Made by a program: the position numbers and the translations under genes. A stretch of 58,424 nt of DNA from Bacillota bacterium (GTDB lineage: Bacteria; Bacillota; Dethiobacteria; DTU022; UBA8154): positions 1 to 58,424 of the forward strand of contig JAAYOY010000233.1 of assembly GCA_012520035.1 (NCBI GenBank). Direction: 5' to 3'. This document shows positions 38,762 to 48,112 of this stretch, one piece after another. Under the pieces are notes generated by a model, which was not told the DNA's origin, did not search any database, and saw only the letters and a program-made list of their open reading frames with translations. Positions within the stretch are counted from its first letter, which is position 1. Each line of letters opens with the position of its first letter.

Positions 38762-39157
38762 ATGGAAAAGCTTGTTTTTGGAATTGAAATGTTGGTTATC
38801 GGTTTAATTGTTGTAATGGTGACGTTATTTTTACTTGCACTAATTTTAATATGCTTTAGTAAAATATTTTCGCCCCGGGAAAAAGCTAAAAAGGAAGTTA
38901 ATAATGCTGAGAACCGCGTGGCAGCAACTATTAGCACCTCTGAAAACGTTAATGATGTAAAACCGGAAGTAATCGCGGCAACAATGGGGGCGCTTTTATT
39001 TGCTTTAGATACCGGAACGCATGTTTACAATAACCCGATAATCAGCCGAATCAATGCAGTAGAACAACAAAGCAATATGTGGGCTCAATCGGGCCGGACA
39101 AGGCTGTTGCATTTAAGACAGGATTTTGCATTATTGAGAAGGGGGAAAAATCGATGA
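38762..39157 (+). CDS. OadG/GcdD-like small membrane subunit of a Na+-translocating decarboxylase
   Basis: N-terminal anchor LVFGIEMLVIGLIVVMVTLFLLALILICFSKIF is typical of the OadG family. ATGA overlap with the carrier gene. Confidence 0.7.
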   Translation: MEKLVFGIEMLVIGLIVVMVTLFLLALILICFSKIFSPREKAKKEVNNAENRVAATISTSENVNDVKPEVIAATMGALLFALDTGTHVYNNPIISRINAVEQQSNMWAQSGRTRLLHLRQDFALLRRGKNR

Positions 39158-39570
39158 AAAAATACAAAGTATATGTTAATGGACAACCTTATGAGGTTGT
39201 TGTAGAAGAAATGAATGAACAGAAGTTTTCACCGACACCGGCTGACCCAAAAATTCAGCAAACAGTAACGTCATCGGAAGCGCAAAAAGCTCCTGCCTCT
39301 CAACCCGTTATTACTGCTAAACCCACTGGCTTAGAGAAATCACAAACAAGTGGAGAGGGGTTTCCGGTAGAAGCGCCGATGCCCGGTTCCATCATAGAGA
39401 TTAAAGTAAATATTGGGGACAGTGTCAATGAGGGCGATGTGCTGGTTCTTCTGGAGGCGATGAAGATGGAGAATGAGGTAACCGCTCCTGTCTCCGGAGT
39501 TATCAAATCAATAGCTATTCAAAAGGGTGCATCCGTTAACACAGGGGATATCATGTTTGTCATAGCATAA
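39154..39570 (+). CDS. Biotin carboxyl carrier subunit (GcdC/MmdC/OadA-C-terminal-like)
   Basis: [19 protein letters not shown] head, Pro/Ala/Gln linker, biotinyl domain with [12 protein letters not shown] 39154 follows AAGGGGGA. Confidence 0.85.
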   Translation: MKKYKVYVNGQPYEVVVEEMNEQKFSPTPADPKIQQTVTSSEAQKAPASQPVITAKPTGLEKSQTSGEGFPVEAPMPGSIIEIKVNIGDSVNEGDVLVLLEAMKMENEVTAPVSGVIKSIAIQKGASVNTGDIMFVIA

Positions 39571-39584
39571 AGGAGAGGGGTAAA

Positions 39585-40712
39585 ATGCTTATACAGCTCT
39601 TGGAATTATTAAAATCGACGGGGTTCGCAAACTTAGAAGTAACGCATGTCATTATGATTATCATTGCCCTTATTCTTTTATACCTGGGCATCGTAAAAGG
39701 TTATGAACCCCTGTTGTTGATACCTATCAGCTTCGGAATGCTCTTGGTGAACCTACCCCTGGGCTTTCTAATGAAATCACCCATAGGGGATGAGGCGGGA
39801 GGTCTTCTTTATTATCTTTATCAAGGTATAGAACTGGGGATATATCCTCCTTTAATCTTTTTGGGAGTGGGGGCATTAACGGATTTTGGTCCGTTAATTT
39901 CTAATCCTATGACCCTACTCCTTGGAGCGGCAGCCCAGCTTGGTATTTTTGTTACGTTTATCGGCGCCATGTTGCTCGGTTTTACACCCCAGGAGTCGGG
40001 CTCAATTGGCATTATCGGCGGTGCGGACGGCCCTACAGCGATCTTTGTAACATCTAAACTGGCGCCAGACCTGCTCGGCGCAATAGCCATCGCCGCATAC
40101 TCTTATATGGCCCTCGTGCCGATTATCCAGCCTCCAATCATGAAAGCTCTGACTACGAAAAAAGAAAGAGAAATCGTCATGCAGCAGCTCAGGCCGGTTT
40201 CCAAAACGGAGAAAGTACTTTTCCCCATTGTCGTGATTATCCTTACCGGGCTTTTTTTGCCTGATGCTATACCGCTTCTGGGGATGCTGATGTTTGGAAA
40301 CCTCTTGAGAGAATGCGGAGTAACAGAGCGGCTGAGTAAAGCTGCACAAAATGAGTTAAATAATATCGTGGTTATTTTCCTGGGACTGACCGTGGGGGCT
40401 AAAGCCAGTGCCGAATATTTCCTGACAACGCAAACCATACAGATTATTATTTTGGGCTTGATTGCCTTTGCAATCGGAACGGCTGGTGGCGTGCTAATGG
40501 GAAAACTTATGTGCAAACTTACTAACGGCAAGGTGAACCCTTTAATCGGCTCGGCTGGAGTTTCTGCGGTGCCTATGGCTGCCAGGGTTTCGCAGGTAGT
40601 CGGCAAGCAGGCCAATCCCAATAATTATTTATTAATGCATGCTATGGGCCCCAACGTGGCAGGAGTAATCGGCTCAGCCGTGGCTGCCGGAGTTTTCCTT
40701 TCGATGCTTTAA
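39585..40712 (+). CDS. Na+-translocating decarboxylase beta subunit (OadB/GcdB/MmdB family)
   Basis: 375-aa polytopic protein with GADGPTAIF and [13 protein letters not shown] conserved segments. Confidence 0.9.
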   Translation: MLIQLLELLKSTGFANLEVTHVIMIIIALILLYLGIVKGYEPLLLIPISFGMLLVNLPLGFLMKSPIGDEAGGLLYYLYQGIELGIYPPLIFLGVGALTDFGPLISNPMTLLLGAAAQLGIFVTFIGAMLLGFTPQESGSIGIIGGADGPTAIFVTSKLAPDLLGAIAIAAYSYMALVPIIQPPIMKALTTKKEREIVMQQLRPVSKTEKVLFPIVVIILTGLFLPDAIPLLGMLMFGNLLRECGVTERLSKAAQNELNNIVVIFLGLTVGAKASAEYFLTTQTIQIIILGLIAFAIGTAGGVLMGKLMCKLTNGKVNPLIGSAGVSAVPMAARVSQVVGKQANPNNYLLMHAMGPNVAGVIGSAVAAGVFLSML

Positions 40713-40785
40713 AAATATTAAGAAATGGTGCACTTGTTATTGTGTAATATAAAATTGATAAAAAAAGATATAAAAACAAATGTAC

Positions 40786-40813
40786 CTGTGAGTTTATACT
40801 CACAGTTTTTTTT
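40786..40813 (+). terminator. Rho-independent terminator after the decarboxylase genes
   Basis: Stem CTGTGAG / CTCACAG, 6-nt loop, run of eight T. Confidence 0.8.
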
Positions 40814-40905
40814 CGCATAGTAATGTTGAGGGATACATAAATATATTATGAAAGAGCGGAGAAGCGGTTACCGGTTTCACCCCGGAAAACAGGTCTTTTG
40901 CGGCG

Positions 40906-42285
40906 GTGATTATTATTAAATTGTTTAATAAAAGGTATCTTAATAAAATAACCCGTGCCCGGTACTTTAAATTTATTATCGGCTTTTTTTTATTCATTTT
41001 TTCCCTTGTTGTAATTGAATATTTTTATTTTCAGGAAAGGGCTCCACTGGGAACTTTTATTGGAGAAAGCTATGTTGGTGGAAAAACTTACGGGGAGATA
41101 GAAACAATTCTTAAAGAAATGAAAGAGAATATGGAGAGGGAGATGATATATCTTTATCCGGATCAGGAAGATATCTATCTAAACTATTCGCTGGCTGAAA
41201 TAGGGATTACAATCGAACAAGAGAAGATAATAGAGGAGATTCGCCATTTGAATCAGCCTTTTAATTACTTATGCAAACTTCAAACCGCCCTTAAAGGTGT
41301 TATTATACCGGGTTTGTTCAAGATAAAAAGCGTACGTTTTGAAAGTGTGCTCGCCGAGATAAAAAAGGGACGGTGTTTCCCCCCTGAAGATGCAGAAATA
41401 TGGGCGGAAGAAGGAGTTTTAAAATATCGGCCACATAAAATCGGTAAGAGTATAGACGAAAAGAAGTTGTCTGCAGAAATTCTGCAGCGGCTGTATCACT
41501 GGCCTTCTTTCCCCTTAACATTTCAGCTTGAAACAGAAGTGCTCTTCCCTGCAAGAAAAATATCCGATATTATGAATATGGGTATAAAAGATAAAATAGT
41601 AACGTTTAGCACCTTTTTTGACGACTCCTCACTTAACAGAAACCACAATATATCCCTTGCTGCTAAAGCATTGGATAATATATTGCTGAGCAAGGGGAAA
41701 ATATTTTCTTTCAATGAACTTGTTGGAGAAGCAAGCCTGAGCAGTGGCTACAGGGAGGCGCCCATTATCGTTAATGAAGAGCTGGTTATGGGACCCGGCG
41801 GCGGAATCTGCCAGGTATCATCAACTATTTATAACGCCGCTCTTTTGTCCGGGCTGGCGATTGAAGAACGCCATCATCACAGTATCCCTGTAACCTATCT
41901 TCCGCCGGGGCTTGATGCCACGATTGCTTATAATTATCTGGATCTGAAGTTTAGGAATAACTTGCCCTTTGATATCTTACTTCACATGCAGGTATTGGGG
42001 AATGAGCTAAGGGCAATATTTTTTGGAGATCCGTCCCGCAGTCTTGAAGTAGAGGTGATAACCCGAAAACTGAGCAGCATTCCCCCTCCGGTACATTATC
42101 GTGAACTGAGCGACAAACCCTCCTCTTACCGGGAAATTATACAGGCAGGTAGAGAAGGCTTTACTGTAGAAACAATCCGCATTTTTTTTAAAGATGGGGT
42201 TGAGATATCCAGGGAAAGCCTTGGTCAGGACCATTATGCTCCCCGTCCTGAAATTCGTGCTGTGGGGGTGCTTTCCGAAGAATAA
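40906..42285 (+). CDS. VanW family protein with a C-terminal G5-like domain
   Basis: N-terminal TM FIIGFFLFIFSLVVIEYFYF, VanW core GGGICQVSSTIYNAALLSGLAIEERHHHS, and a G5-like C-terminus (EIIQAGREGFTVETIRIFFKDG...YAPRPEIRAVG). The GTG start is uncertain. Confidence 0.85.
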   Translation: MIIIKLFNKRYLNKITRARYFKFIIGFFLFIFSLVVIEYFYFQERAPLGTFIGESYVGGKTYGEIETILKEMKENMEREMIYLYPDQEDIYLNYSLAEIGITIEQEKIIEEIRHLNQPFNYLCKLQTALKGVIIPGLFKIKSVRFESVLAEIKKGRCFPPEDAEIWAEEGVLKYRPHKIGKSIDEKKLSAEILQRLYHWPSFPLTFQLETEVLFPARKISDIMNMGIKDKIVTFSTFFDDSSLNRNHNISLAAKALDNILLSKGKIFSFNELVGEASLSSGYREAPIIVNEELVMGPGGGICQVSSTIYNAALLSGLAIEERHHHSIPVTYLPPGLDATIAYNYLDLKFRNNLPFDILLHMQVLGNELRAIFFGDPSRSLEVEVITRKLSSIPPPVHYRELSDKPSSYREIIQAGREGFTVETIRIFFKDGVEISRESLGQDHYAPRPEIRAVGVLSEE

Positions 42286-42407
42286 AATAATTCTTCTGGT
42301 ACCGGTAATTACCGCCAATGGAAATATTTATGAAGTATTTTAAGCTCATGATAAGTTATACTAATTTAAGAATGATCATTTTAAGCAAAGAAAGAGGGGA
42401 TGTTGCC

Positions 42408-42614
42408 TTGACAATTGGCAAAAAATTAAAAACCTGCCTTTCAAGCTTGAAAAGTGCTCAGGCAGATCTGGAGACATTCGCGCTGGAAACTGAAAGCCAG
42501 GTTGCAAAAGAAGCTTTTTCCCAATTTGCCAATCAAACAAAAAGCATTGTAGACGGCTTGCAGACCAGAATACAGGAAATAGAAGAGGAAGAACCGCAGT
42601 ATAAAGGTCGTTAA
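42408..42614 (+). CDS. DUF1657 family small protein
   Basis: 68 aa from TTG 42408 (8 nt after AGAGGGGA): MTIGKKLKTCLSSLKSAQADLETFALETESQ...EEEPQYKGR. The longer ORF from 42318 has no SD. Confidence 0.75.
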   Translation: MTIGKKLKTCLSSLKSAQADLETFALETESQVAKEAFSQFANQTKSIVDGLQTRIQEIEEEEPQYKGR

Positions 42615-42619
42615 TTCAG

Positions 42620-42648
42620 GAAAACCTCTCAAGGGAGAGGTTTTCTTT
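42620..42648 (+). terminator. Rho-independent terminator or attenuator between the DUF1657 and DUF421 genes
   Basis: Perfect 11-bp stem GAAAACCTCTC / GAGAGGTTTTC, loop AAGG, then TTT. Confidence 0.75.
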
Positions 42649-42686
42649 ATAAAAGGGTTTTTATATCATTATAAAGGGGTTTTTTT

Positions 42687-43604
42687 ATGTCATTTTGGGA
42701 ACAAATATTTATAAGTACACCGGAGCTGCATATTGCAGGGTTTATTTTAAGGGGAGTGTTTGCCTTTATTTTTCTGGCATTTTTGGCCCGGATGATGGGA
42801 CCGACAGAGGTAGGCGAATTTACAACAGTTGATTTTATTGTTGCCATCACGATAGGCAGTATCGCCAGCGCAGCGCTGGTAGACAGCCAGGTACACTTTT
42901 TTTCTAGCCTCTTAAATATGGCTTTATGGGCATTCTTGTTGATTATGTTAAATTTTATCGGTATCAGGTTTCCCAATTTCAGACGGATTATTGTCGGTGG
43001 GCCACTGGTTTTAGTTCGCAATGGGAAAGTGCTGGAAAAAAATCTGTTTCGTGCCAAGCTAAATTTTGACGATCTTATGTCCGCCCTGCGTTTAAAGGAC
43101 GCTCCGCTATTGGAAGATGTCGAATATGCCGTGCTGGAACCAAAGGGAGATATCAGCGTAATTAAGAAAAGCCAGAAACAAAGCCTGACTCCCGAGGACT
43201 TAAAAATAATTGCCGAATACCAGGGAATGCCGACAATAGTGCTCATAAATGGAAAAATATTGCATAAAAGCCTCGAGTTAAAAGGGTTTACAGAAAACTG
43301 GCTGCGGGATAAACTTTTTGAAATGGGGGTGGAGAACCCGGAAGCGGTATCTGTGGCACAGGTAGATTCCAATGGCAATCTCTACGTTGATCTTTATGAT
43401 GATAAAAAAGATCGGCCGAAATCAACGAAGGAAAAAGAACTGATTTTAACATTAGAAAAAGTATATGCAGAGTTGGATACCTTCTCAAGAGAAACAGGAA
43501 ATGAAGAAAACGGCAAACTATTTTCCCAATATGCTGATCAGACCGGTGCTATCCTCTCTGAATTAAAAACACGTCTCCTTAAGGCGGAAGAGATGAAGGA
43601 ATAA
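42687..43604 (+). CDS. DUF421 (YetF-like) membrane protein with a C-terminal DUF1657-like domain ('2Duf'-type architecture)
   Basis: N-terminal TM segments plus GEFTTVDFIVAITIGSI (DUF421-like). The last ~60 aa (LEKVYAELDTFSRETGNEENGKLFSQYADQTGAILSELKTRL) align by eye with the upstream DUF1657 protein. Confidence 0.75.
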   Translation: MSFWEQIFISTPELHIAGFILRGVFAFIFLAFLARMMGPTEVGEFTTVDFIVAITIGSIASAALVDSQVHFFSSLLNMALWAFLLIMLNFIGIRFPNFRRIIVGGPLVLVRNGKVLEKNLFRAKLNFDDLMSALRLKDAPLLEDVEYAVLEPKGDISVIKKSQKQSLTPEDLKIIAEYQGMPTIVLINGKILHKSLELKGFTENWLRDKLFEMGVENPEAVSVAQVDSNGNLYVDLYDDKKDRPKSTKEKELILTLEKVYAELDTFSRETGNEENGKLFSQYADQTGAILSELKTRLLKAEEMKE

Positions 43605-43689
43605 ACAAACACAGGCAGGAATTCCCGAAACAAAACAGAAAATAATAGCATAGTTGAATTTAGATTACATAAATAGAGGTGTTAACGAT

Positions 43690-45153
43690 ATGGAAAAGAC
43701 CAGGGTAAGGTTTGCCCCGAGCCCTACCGGAGAGCTTCACATCGGCGGAGCCAGAACAGCTCTTTTTAACTGGCTTTTTGCACGGCATAACGGTGGGAAA
43801 ATGATTTTGAGGATCGATGATACAGATCGCCAGCGTTCATCGCAAGAATATTTACTTTCGATTATTGAATCAATGAAATGGCTGGGTCTGAACTGGGATG
43901 AGGGTCCCGAGGTCGGTGGGGACTACGGTCCGTACATCCAGTCGGAATATTTACATAAATACAGGGAACTGGCGGAGCAGCTTGTTCGTGACGGTAAAGC
44001 CTATTACTGCTTCTGTACTGCCGAGCAGCTGGCAACCGAAAAAGAAAGACAGCGGAAAGAGGGACAACCACCAAGGTACAGCGGCCGCTGCAGGTTTTTA
44101 TCTGAAGAGGAAAGGGAAAGAAGAAAACTCAGCGAAAGTTATGTAATCCGCTTTATAATGCCCAAGGAAGGTGAAACAGTAGTAGAAGACATTATCAGAG
44201 GTCAGGTTACTTTTGAAAATAATATTTTCGATGACTTTATCATTATTAAATCCGATGGTGTGCCTACTTATAACTTTGCATCCGTAATCGATGATCACAA
44301 TATGGCAATTACTCATGTCATCAGGGCAGAGGAACACCTTTCCAATACCCCGCGTCAGATAAATATTGCACAGGGACTGGGTTATCAGGTGCCGTTATAC
44401 GCTCATGTCCCCATGATACTTGCTCCTGACCACAGCAAGCTGAGTAAAAGACACGGGGCAACATCGGTGCAGGAATACAGAGATATGGGAATTCTACCTG
44501 AAGCACTGGTAAACTACCTGGCACTTTTGGGCTGGTCACCGGGTGAAGATAAGGAAATTATGGATATCCATGAAATAGTCGATTTATTTTCTCTGGAAAA
44601 GGTTAGTAAAAATCCTGCAATCTATGATATTAAAAAGCTAATCTGGCTGAATGGTCATTACCTAAGAACTCTGGAGCTGAATAAGATTGTCGAAAGGGCT
44701 CTGCCTTTTATGAAGCGGAAGTACAATCTCTGCGCAGAAATAGGTACAGAAAAGTATAAAGAAATTGAAAAAATCATCGATCTCGTTCGGGACCGCGTAA
44801 AAACGCTCCAGGAGATCGCGGATGCATCCAGTTATTTTATTGAAGATGATCTTCAATATGATGAAAAGGGAATAGAGAAGCACTTTCGTAAAGATGGAGT
44901 TGGGAAGATTTTAAGCGAAGTATCCCTTGCCCTACAACGAGTAGAACCTTTTGAGGCGGGAAGAATCAGGGATGAGTTACATGACTTGAGCCAAAAATTA
45001 AATGTTTCATTATCCCGGATCAACCCTCCTACCAGGCTTGCCCTTACAGGTCGAACGATGGGCCCTGAATTATTTGACATTATATCCTTACTTGGAAAAG
45101 AAAGGGTAATAAAAAGGCTAAAAAAAGCGAAGGAGTTATTTGAATTAAACTAA
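43690..45153 (+). CDS. gltX: Glutamate--tRNA ligase
   Basis: RFAPSPTGELHIGGART (HIGH) and KLSKR (KMSKS). ATG 43690 follows GAGGTG. Confidence 0.95.
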   Translation: MEKTRVRFAPSPTGELHIGGARTALFNWLFARHNGGKMILRIDDTDRQRSSQEYLLSIIESMKWLGLNWDEGPEVGGDYGPYIQSEYLHKYRELAEQLVRDGKAYYCFCTAEQLATEKERQRKEGQPPRYSGRCRFLSEEERERRKLSESYVIRFIMPKEGETVVEDIIRGQVTFENNIFDDFIIIKSDGVPTYNFASVIDDHNMAITHVIRAEEHLSNTPRQINIAQGLGYQVPLYAHVPMILAPDHSKLSKRHGATSVQEYRDMGILPEALVNYLALLGWSPGEDKEIMDIHEIVDLFSLEKVSKNPAIYDIKKLIWLNGHYLRTLELNKIVERALPFMKRKYNLCAEIGTEKYKEIEKIIDLVRDRVKTLQEIADASSYFIEDDLQYDEKGIEKHFRKDGVGKILSEVSLALQRVEPFEAGRIRDELHDLSQKLNVSLSRINPPTRLALTGRTMGPELFDIISLLGKERVIKRLKKAKELFELN

Positions 45154-46343
45154 GAGAGTGTTTTATCATCAATAGCCTTCTGATATCTTTGAAGCATTTC
45201 TTTTGCCAGTATTTCAGAAGAGTACCTGATTGCGTTGATTTTTGCCTTTTTACCCATAGCGTCTCTGATGAATTCATTGTCAAGCAAGTATTTTATTTTT
45301 TCGACAAAATCTTGCCGGGTATGAACAAGGAATCCATCCTTACCGTTAACGATTATCTCCGACAAGCAGGGAGAGTAACGGCATACTACCGGAAGGCCGG
45401 CGGCTTTTGCTTCTCCAACGACAAGCCCCTGCGTCTCGCTTTGGGAAGCGAAAGTAAAAATATCCGCCCCCGCGTAACACTTTAATAGTTCACTGTCGCT
45501 TAACCGACCACAGAACAAGACATTTTGTTGCAGGTTTTTTTGGTAGCATAGTATTTTCAAAGATGATTCTTCAATTCCTGTTCCGACAATGAGCAGTTTA
45601 ACACGGGGCATGGTTATTACAATGTCTTCCATGGCATCGATTAAAAAGTTGATATTTTTTTCCTTGCCCAGCCGGCCAACATATAATAATACCCTGTCTT
45701 CGTGATTTAGATTAAACCGTTTCTTTAGCCATTCTTTCCCCCCATTACTTGCTGCGTAATAAGCATTATTTATGCCTGTTGGAATAACATCAATAGGCTT
45801 TGTAATGCCGTACTCTTCAATTAACATTTTTACAAATAATGAAGGGGCGATAATCAGATCACACCTGTTACAAAAACTTTTATTCCATTTTTTTATTATT
45901 TCGGCGGATACGCTTTTCCCAAAAGGCAGGTAGTGGGCATAAAAATGATAGAGGGTATGGAAGGTAAAGATTAACGGCAGATTAAACCGTTTGGCTATTA
46001 TTGTCCCCAGTGAACCTAATAAAAAGGGGGAGTGGACGTGAACTACATCCAGTTTCAAAGTATTTACCAGAAAAGGTAACCGTGGAGAAAAGGGGATAGG
46101 AAGATAAAAGTTTCTTTGCGTTGGCGCGGGTATGGAAAAAAAACGAAAAACGTTTCTCTCCTGGGATTGTGATGCCGTTGGGTAATTTGGGGCGAAAATA
46201 AATGCCTCATGCCCACGGCTTTCCAATTCCTCTTTTAAGAGTTCAATAGAGCGTACAACGCCGCTTATATAGGGATGATAACTGTCGGTAAAAATACCTA
46301 TCCTCAAAGTGCTTTTCCTGGAGTTTATCTTATTCATCTTCAT
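45150..46343 (-). CDS. Glycosyltransferase family 4 (GT-B fold)
   Basis: IGIFTDSYHPYISGV N-terminus and C-terminal ETQGLVVGEAKAAGLPVV (E-x7-E-like donor motif). Confidence 0.85.
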   Translation of the reverse strand: MKMNKINSRKSTLRIGIFTDSYHPYISGVVRSIELLKEELESRGHEAFIFAPNYPTASQSQERNVFRFFSIPAPTQRNFYLPIPFSPRLPFLVNTLKLDVVHVHSPFLLGSLGTIIAKRFNLPLIFTFHTLYHFYAHYLPFGKSVSAEIIKKWNKSFCNRCDLIIAPSLFVKMLIEEYGITKPIDVIPTGINNAYYAASNGGKEWLKKRFNLNHEDRVLLYVGRLGKEKNINFLIDAMEDIVITMPRVKLLIVGTGIEESSLKILCYQKNLQQNVLFCGRLSDSELLKCYAGADIFTFASQSETQGLVVGEAKAAGLPVVCRYSPCLSEIIVNGKDGFLVHTRQDFVEKIKYLLDNEFIRDAMGKKAKINAIRYSSEILAKEMLQRYQKAIDDKTLS

Positions 46344-46412
46344 CTCTATATTATGCCCGTTAATGCGGATTAAATGATTTCGCGAAGGATATTTAAGAAT
46401 TCTATCGTTTTA

Positions 46413-46421
46413 TGTTATAAT
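46413..46421 (+). promoter_or_regulatory. Extended -10 element (TGtTATAAT) upstream of the HD-GYP gene
   Basis: TGTTATAAT at 46413-46421. A weak -35 TTTAAG lies 18 nt upstream. Confidence 0.35.
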
Positions 46422-46534
46422 ATACCTAAAAATGTAACTGGAATATAATGTACTTTCAAAGACGGGTTATAAAGCTGGACTAAAAAAATAAGATTTATGT
46501 TGTATAAAAAGCTGAATGTGCAGGAGACTACCAA

Positions 46535-47656
46535 ATGCGCAAAGTGCCGGTTTCATCTATCCAACCGGGAATGAAGTTGGCAAGACCAATTTATGATACA
46601 ATGGGTCTTTTGCTTTTAAATTCCGGTGTTGAATTAAAAAAAGAATATATTCGTAACTTAAAAAAGCATAATATCTTTTCAGTTTATATTGCCGATAAAA
46701 TCATTCCTGATGTAGATATTGAAGATGTTATAATGGATGAAACAAGGCGAAAGGCTACTGTTTTAATTAGGGATATAATGCTCGACATAGAAAAACAGCC
46801 CGAGAAACCGGTTTCCAAATTGCTATTAGCTAAAAGTAATATTCACGATACTCTACAAGACATAATTGAACAGTTGTTAAAGAATAAAAACCTGATCGTT
46901 AATTTGTCCGATATCAGGATTGCGGATAACTATACATTTGCTCATTCTGTTAACGTTGCTGTGATGGCGATAACAGCAGGAATTTCCCTGGGATTATCGC
47001 GCTCTCAGCTAAAAAACATAGGCCTTGGATCTATACTCCATGATCTCGGAAAAGTTAAAATTCCCTCCAGCATTTTGAACAAAGAGGGTAAACTATCCCC
47101 GGATGAATTTTTAGAGATAAAAAAACATCCGGGTTTTGGGTATGAGATGGTAAAAACGCAGGAACTAATTCCTGGCCCTTCTGCATTAATTATTTACCAA
47201 CATCATGAACGCATGAACGGTGAGGGCTACCCGGAAGGCCTTAAGTCAGAACAGATTGGTCTATTATCAAGGATAAGTGCCGTTGCTGATGTTTATGATG
47301 CTCTGGTGGCTGATCGCCCTTACCATTCAGCCTACCCTCCTTATAAAGCTATTGAGATCCTGGAATCTTCCGGTGAACTTTTTGATCTAAAAGTCCTGCA
47401 TAATTTCATACAACATATCGCTGCTTACCCTATAGGTACTTTCCTGGGTTTAAGCAACGGGGAAATCGGCATAGTCGTTAATAATACGGTCGGGCATCCA
47501 ACCAGGCCAAGAGTCCGTATTCTTTGCTCCAAAGATGGATTTGAACCTTTAATACCATATGAGCTGGATCTTATGGAGAAAAGGAACATTGTGATTGACA
47601 TGGTATTCAATGATGATGAAATTCCTGAAGAAATACTGAACAGGCCAACTACTTAA
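46535..47656 (+). CDS. HD-GYP domain protein (putative c-di-GMP phosphodiesterase)
   Basis: HSVNVA, HDLGK and HHERMNGEGYP motifs. Confidence 0.88.
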   Translation: MRKVPVSSIQPGMKLARPIYDTMGLLLLNSGVELKKEYIRNLKKHNIFSVYIADKIIPDVDIEDVIMDETRRKATVLIRDIMLDIEKQPEKPVSKLLLAKSNIHDTLQDIIEQLLKNKNLIVNLSDIRIADNYTFAHSVNVAVMAITAGISLGLSRSQLKNIGLGSILHDLGKVKIPSSILNKEGKLSPDEFLEIKKHPGFGYEMVKTQELIPGPSALIIYQHHERMNGEGYPEGLKSEQIGLLSRISAVADVYDALVADRPYHSAYPPYKAIEILESSGELFDLKVLHNFIQHIAAYPIGTFLGLSNGEIGIVVNNTVGHPTRPRVRILCSKDGFEPLIPYELDLMEKRNIVIDMVFNDDEIPEEILNRPTT

Positions 47657-47800
47657 TTTAATTTATACCCTGGGGAAATGCATAATTTTATAATTAGGGT
47701 TATATAAGTAATAAGTAGAATAGTTTAAAGAAGAGTTCTTTTTGCTTTGATCCCTGAATATTTTTTTATTAAGCACTTTTTAAATCAGGGAGGCAAAATA

Positions 47801-48112
47801 ATGGAAGCGATTAATGTTTATGGTATAGCCTTGGTGCCTGTGGTACTGGCGATGGTAGAGTTGTTGAAAAGAGCAGGTATACCAAAAAAGTTTTCTCCAA
47901 TTGTATCGATAGTTATGGGTCTTCTGGCAGGATTTTATTACCTTGCCCCCGATGATCCTAAAAAAGCAATTTTTTTAGGATTAGTGATTGGTCTTTCCGC
48001 AATCGGTCTATTTTCAGGAACAAAAAATACTATTGAAAACCTTGGCGGCAATTCCAATAAAAATTCTCATAAGAGTAGATCTGGAAGAAAAAGACCCGGC
48101 GTACATAAGTAA
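47801..48112 (+). CDS. Holin-like small membrane protein (three hydrophobic segments, basic C-tail)
   Basis: 103 aa from ATG 47801 (after AGGGAGG). VYGIALVPVVLAMVELLKRAGIPKKFSPIVSIVMGLLAGFYYL resembles A118/Hol118-type holins. C-tail is NSHKSRSGRKRPGVHK. Confidence 0.5.
   Translation: MEAINVYGIALVPVVLAMVELLKRAGIPKKFSPIVSIVMGLLAGFYYLAPDDPKKAIFLGLVIGLSAIGLFSGTKNTIENLGGNSNKNSHKSRSGRKRPGVHK

Noticed and set aside
39821-40621. Three minus-strand ORFs (89, 115 and 172 aa) within the decarboxylase beta-subunit gene
   Set aside because: All are antisense to a highly conserved polytopic membrane protein. They overlap one another in different frames, with no independent signals.
40800-40997. 65-aa minus-strand ORF between the decarboxylase genes and vanW-2
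   Set aside because: It spans the plus-strand terminator and the 5' end of the VanW gene. It has no SD and a low-complexity product.
42647-43378. 243-aa minus-strand ORF, one of the longest unassigned ORFs in the track
   Set aside because: It lies antisense within the well-supported DUF421-DUF1657 gene. Its translation is Ser/Phe/Ile-rich and low-complexity, with no SD and no motif. It is a typical shadow ORF.
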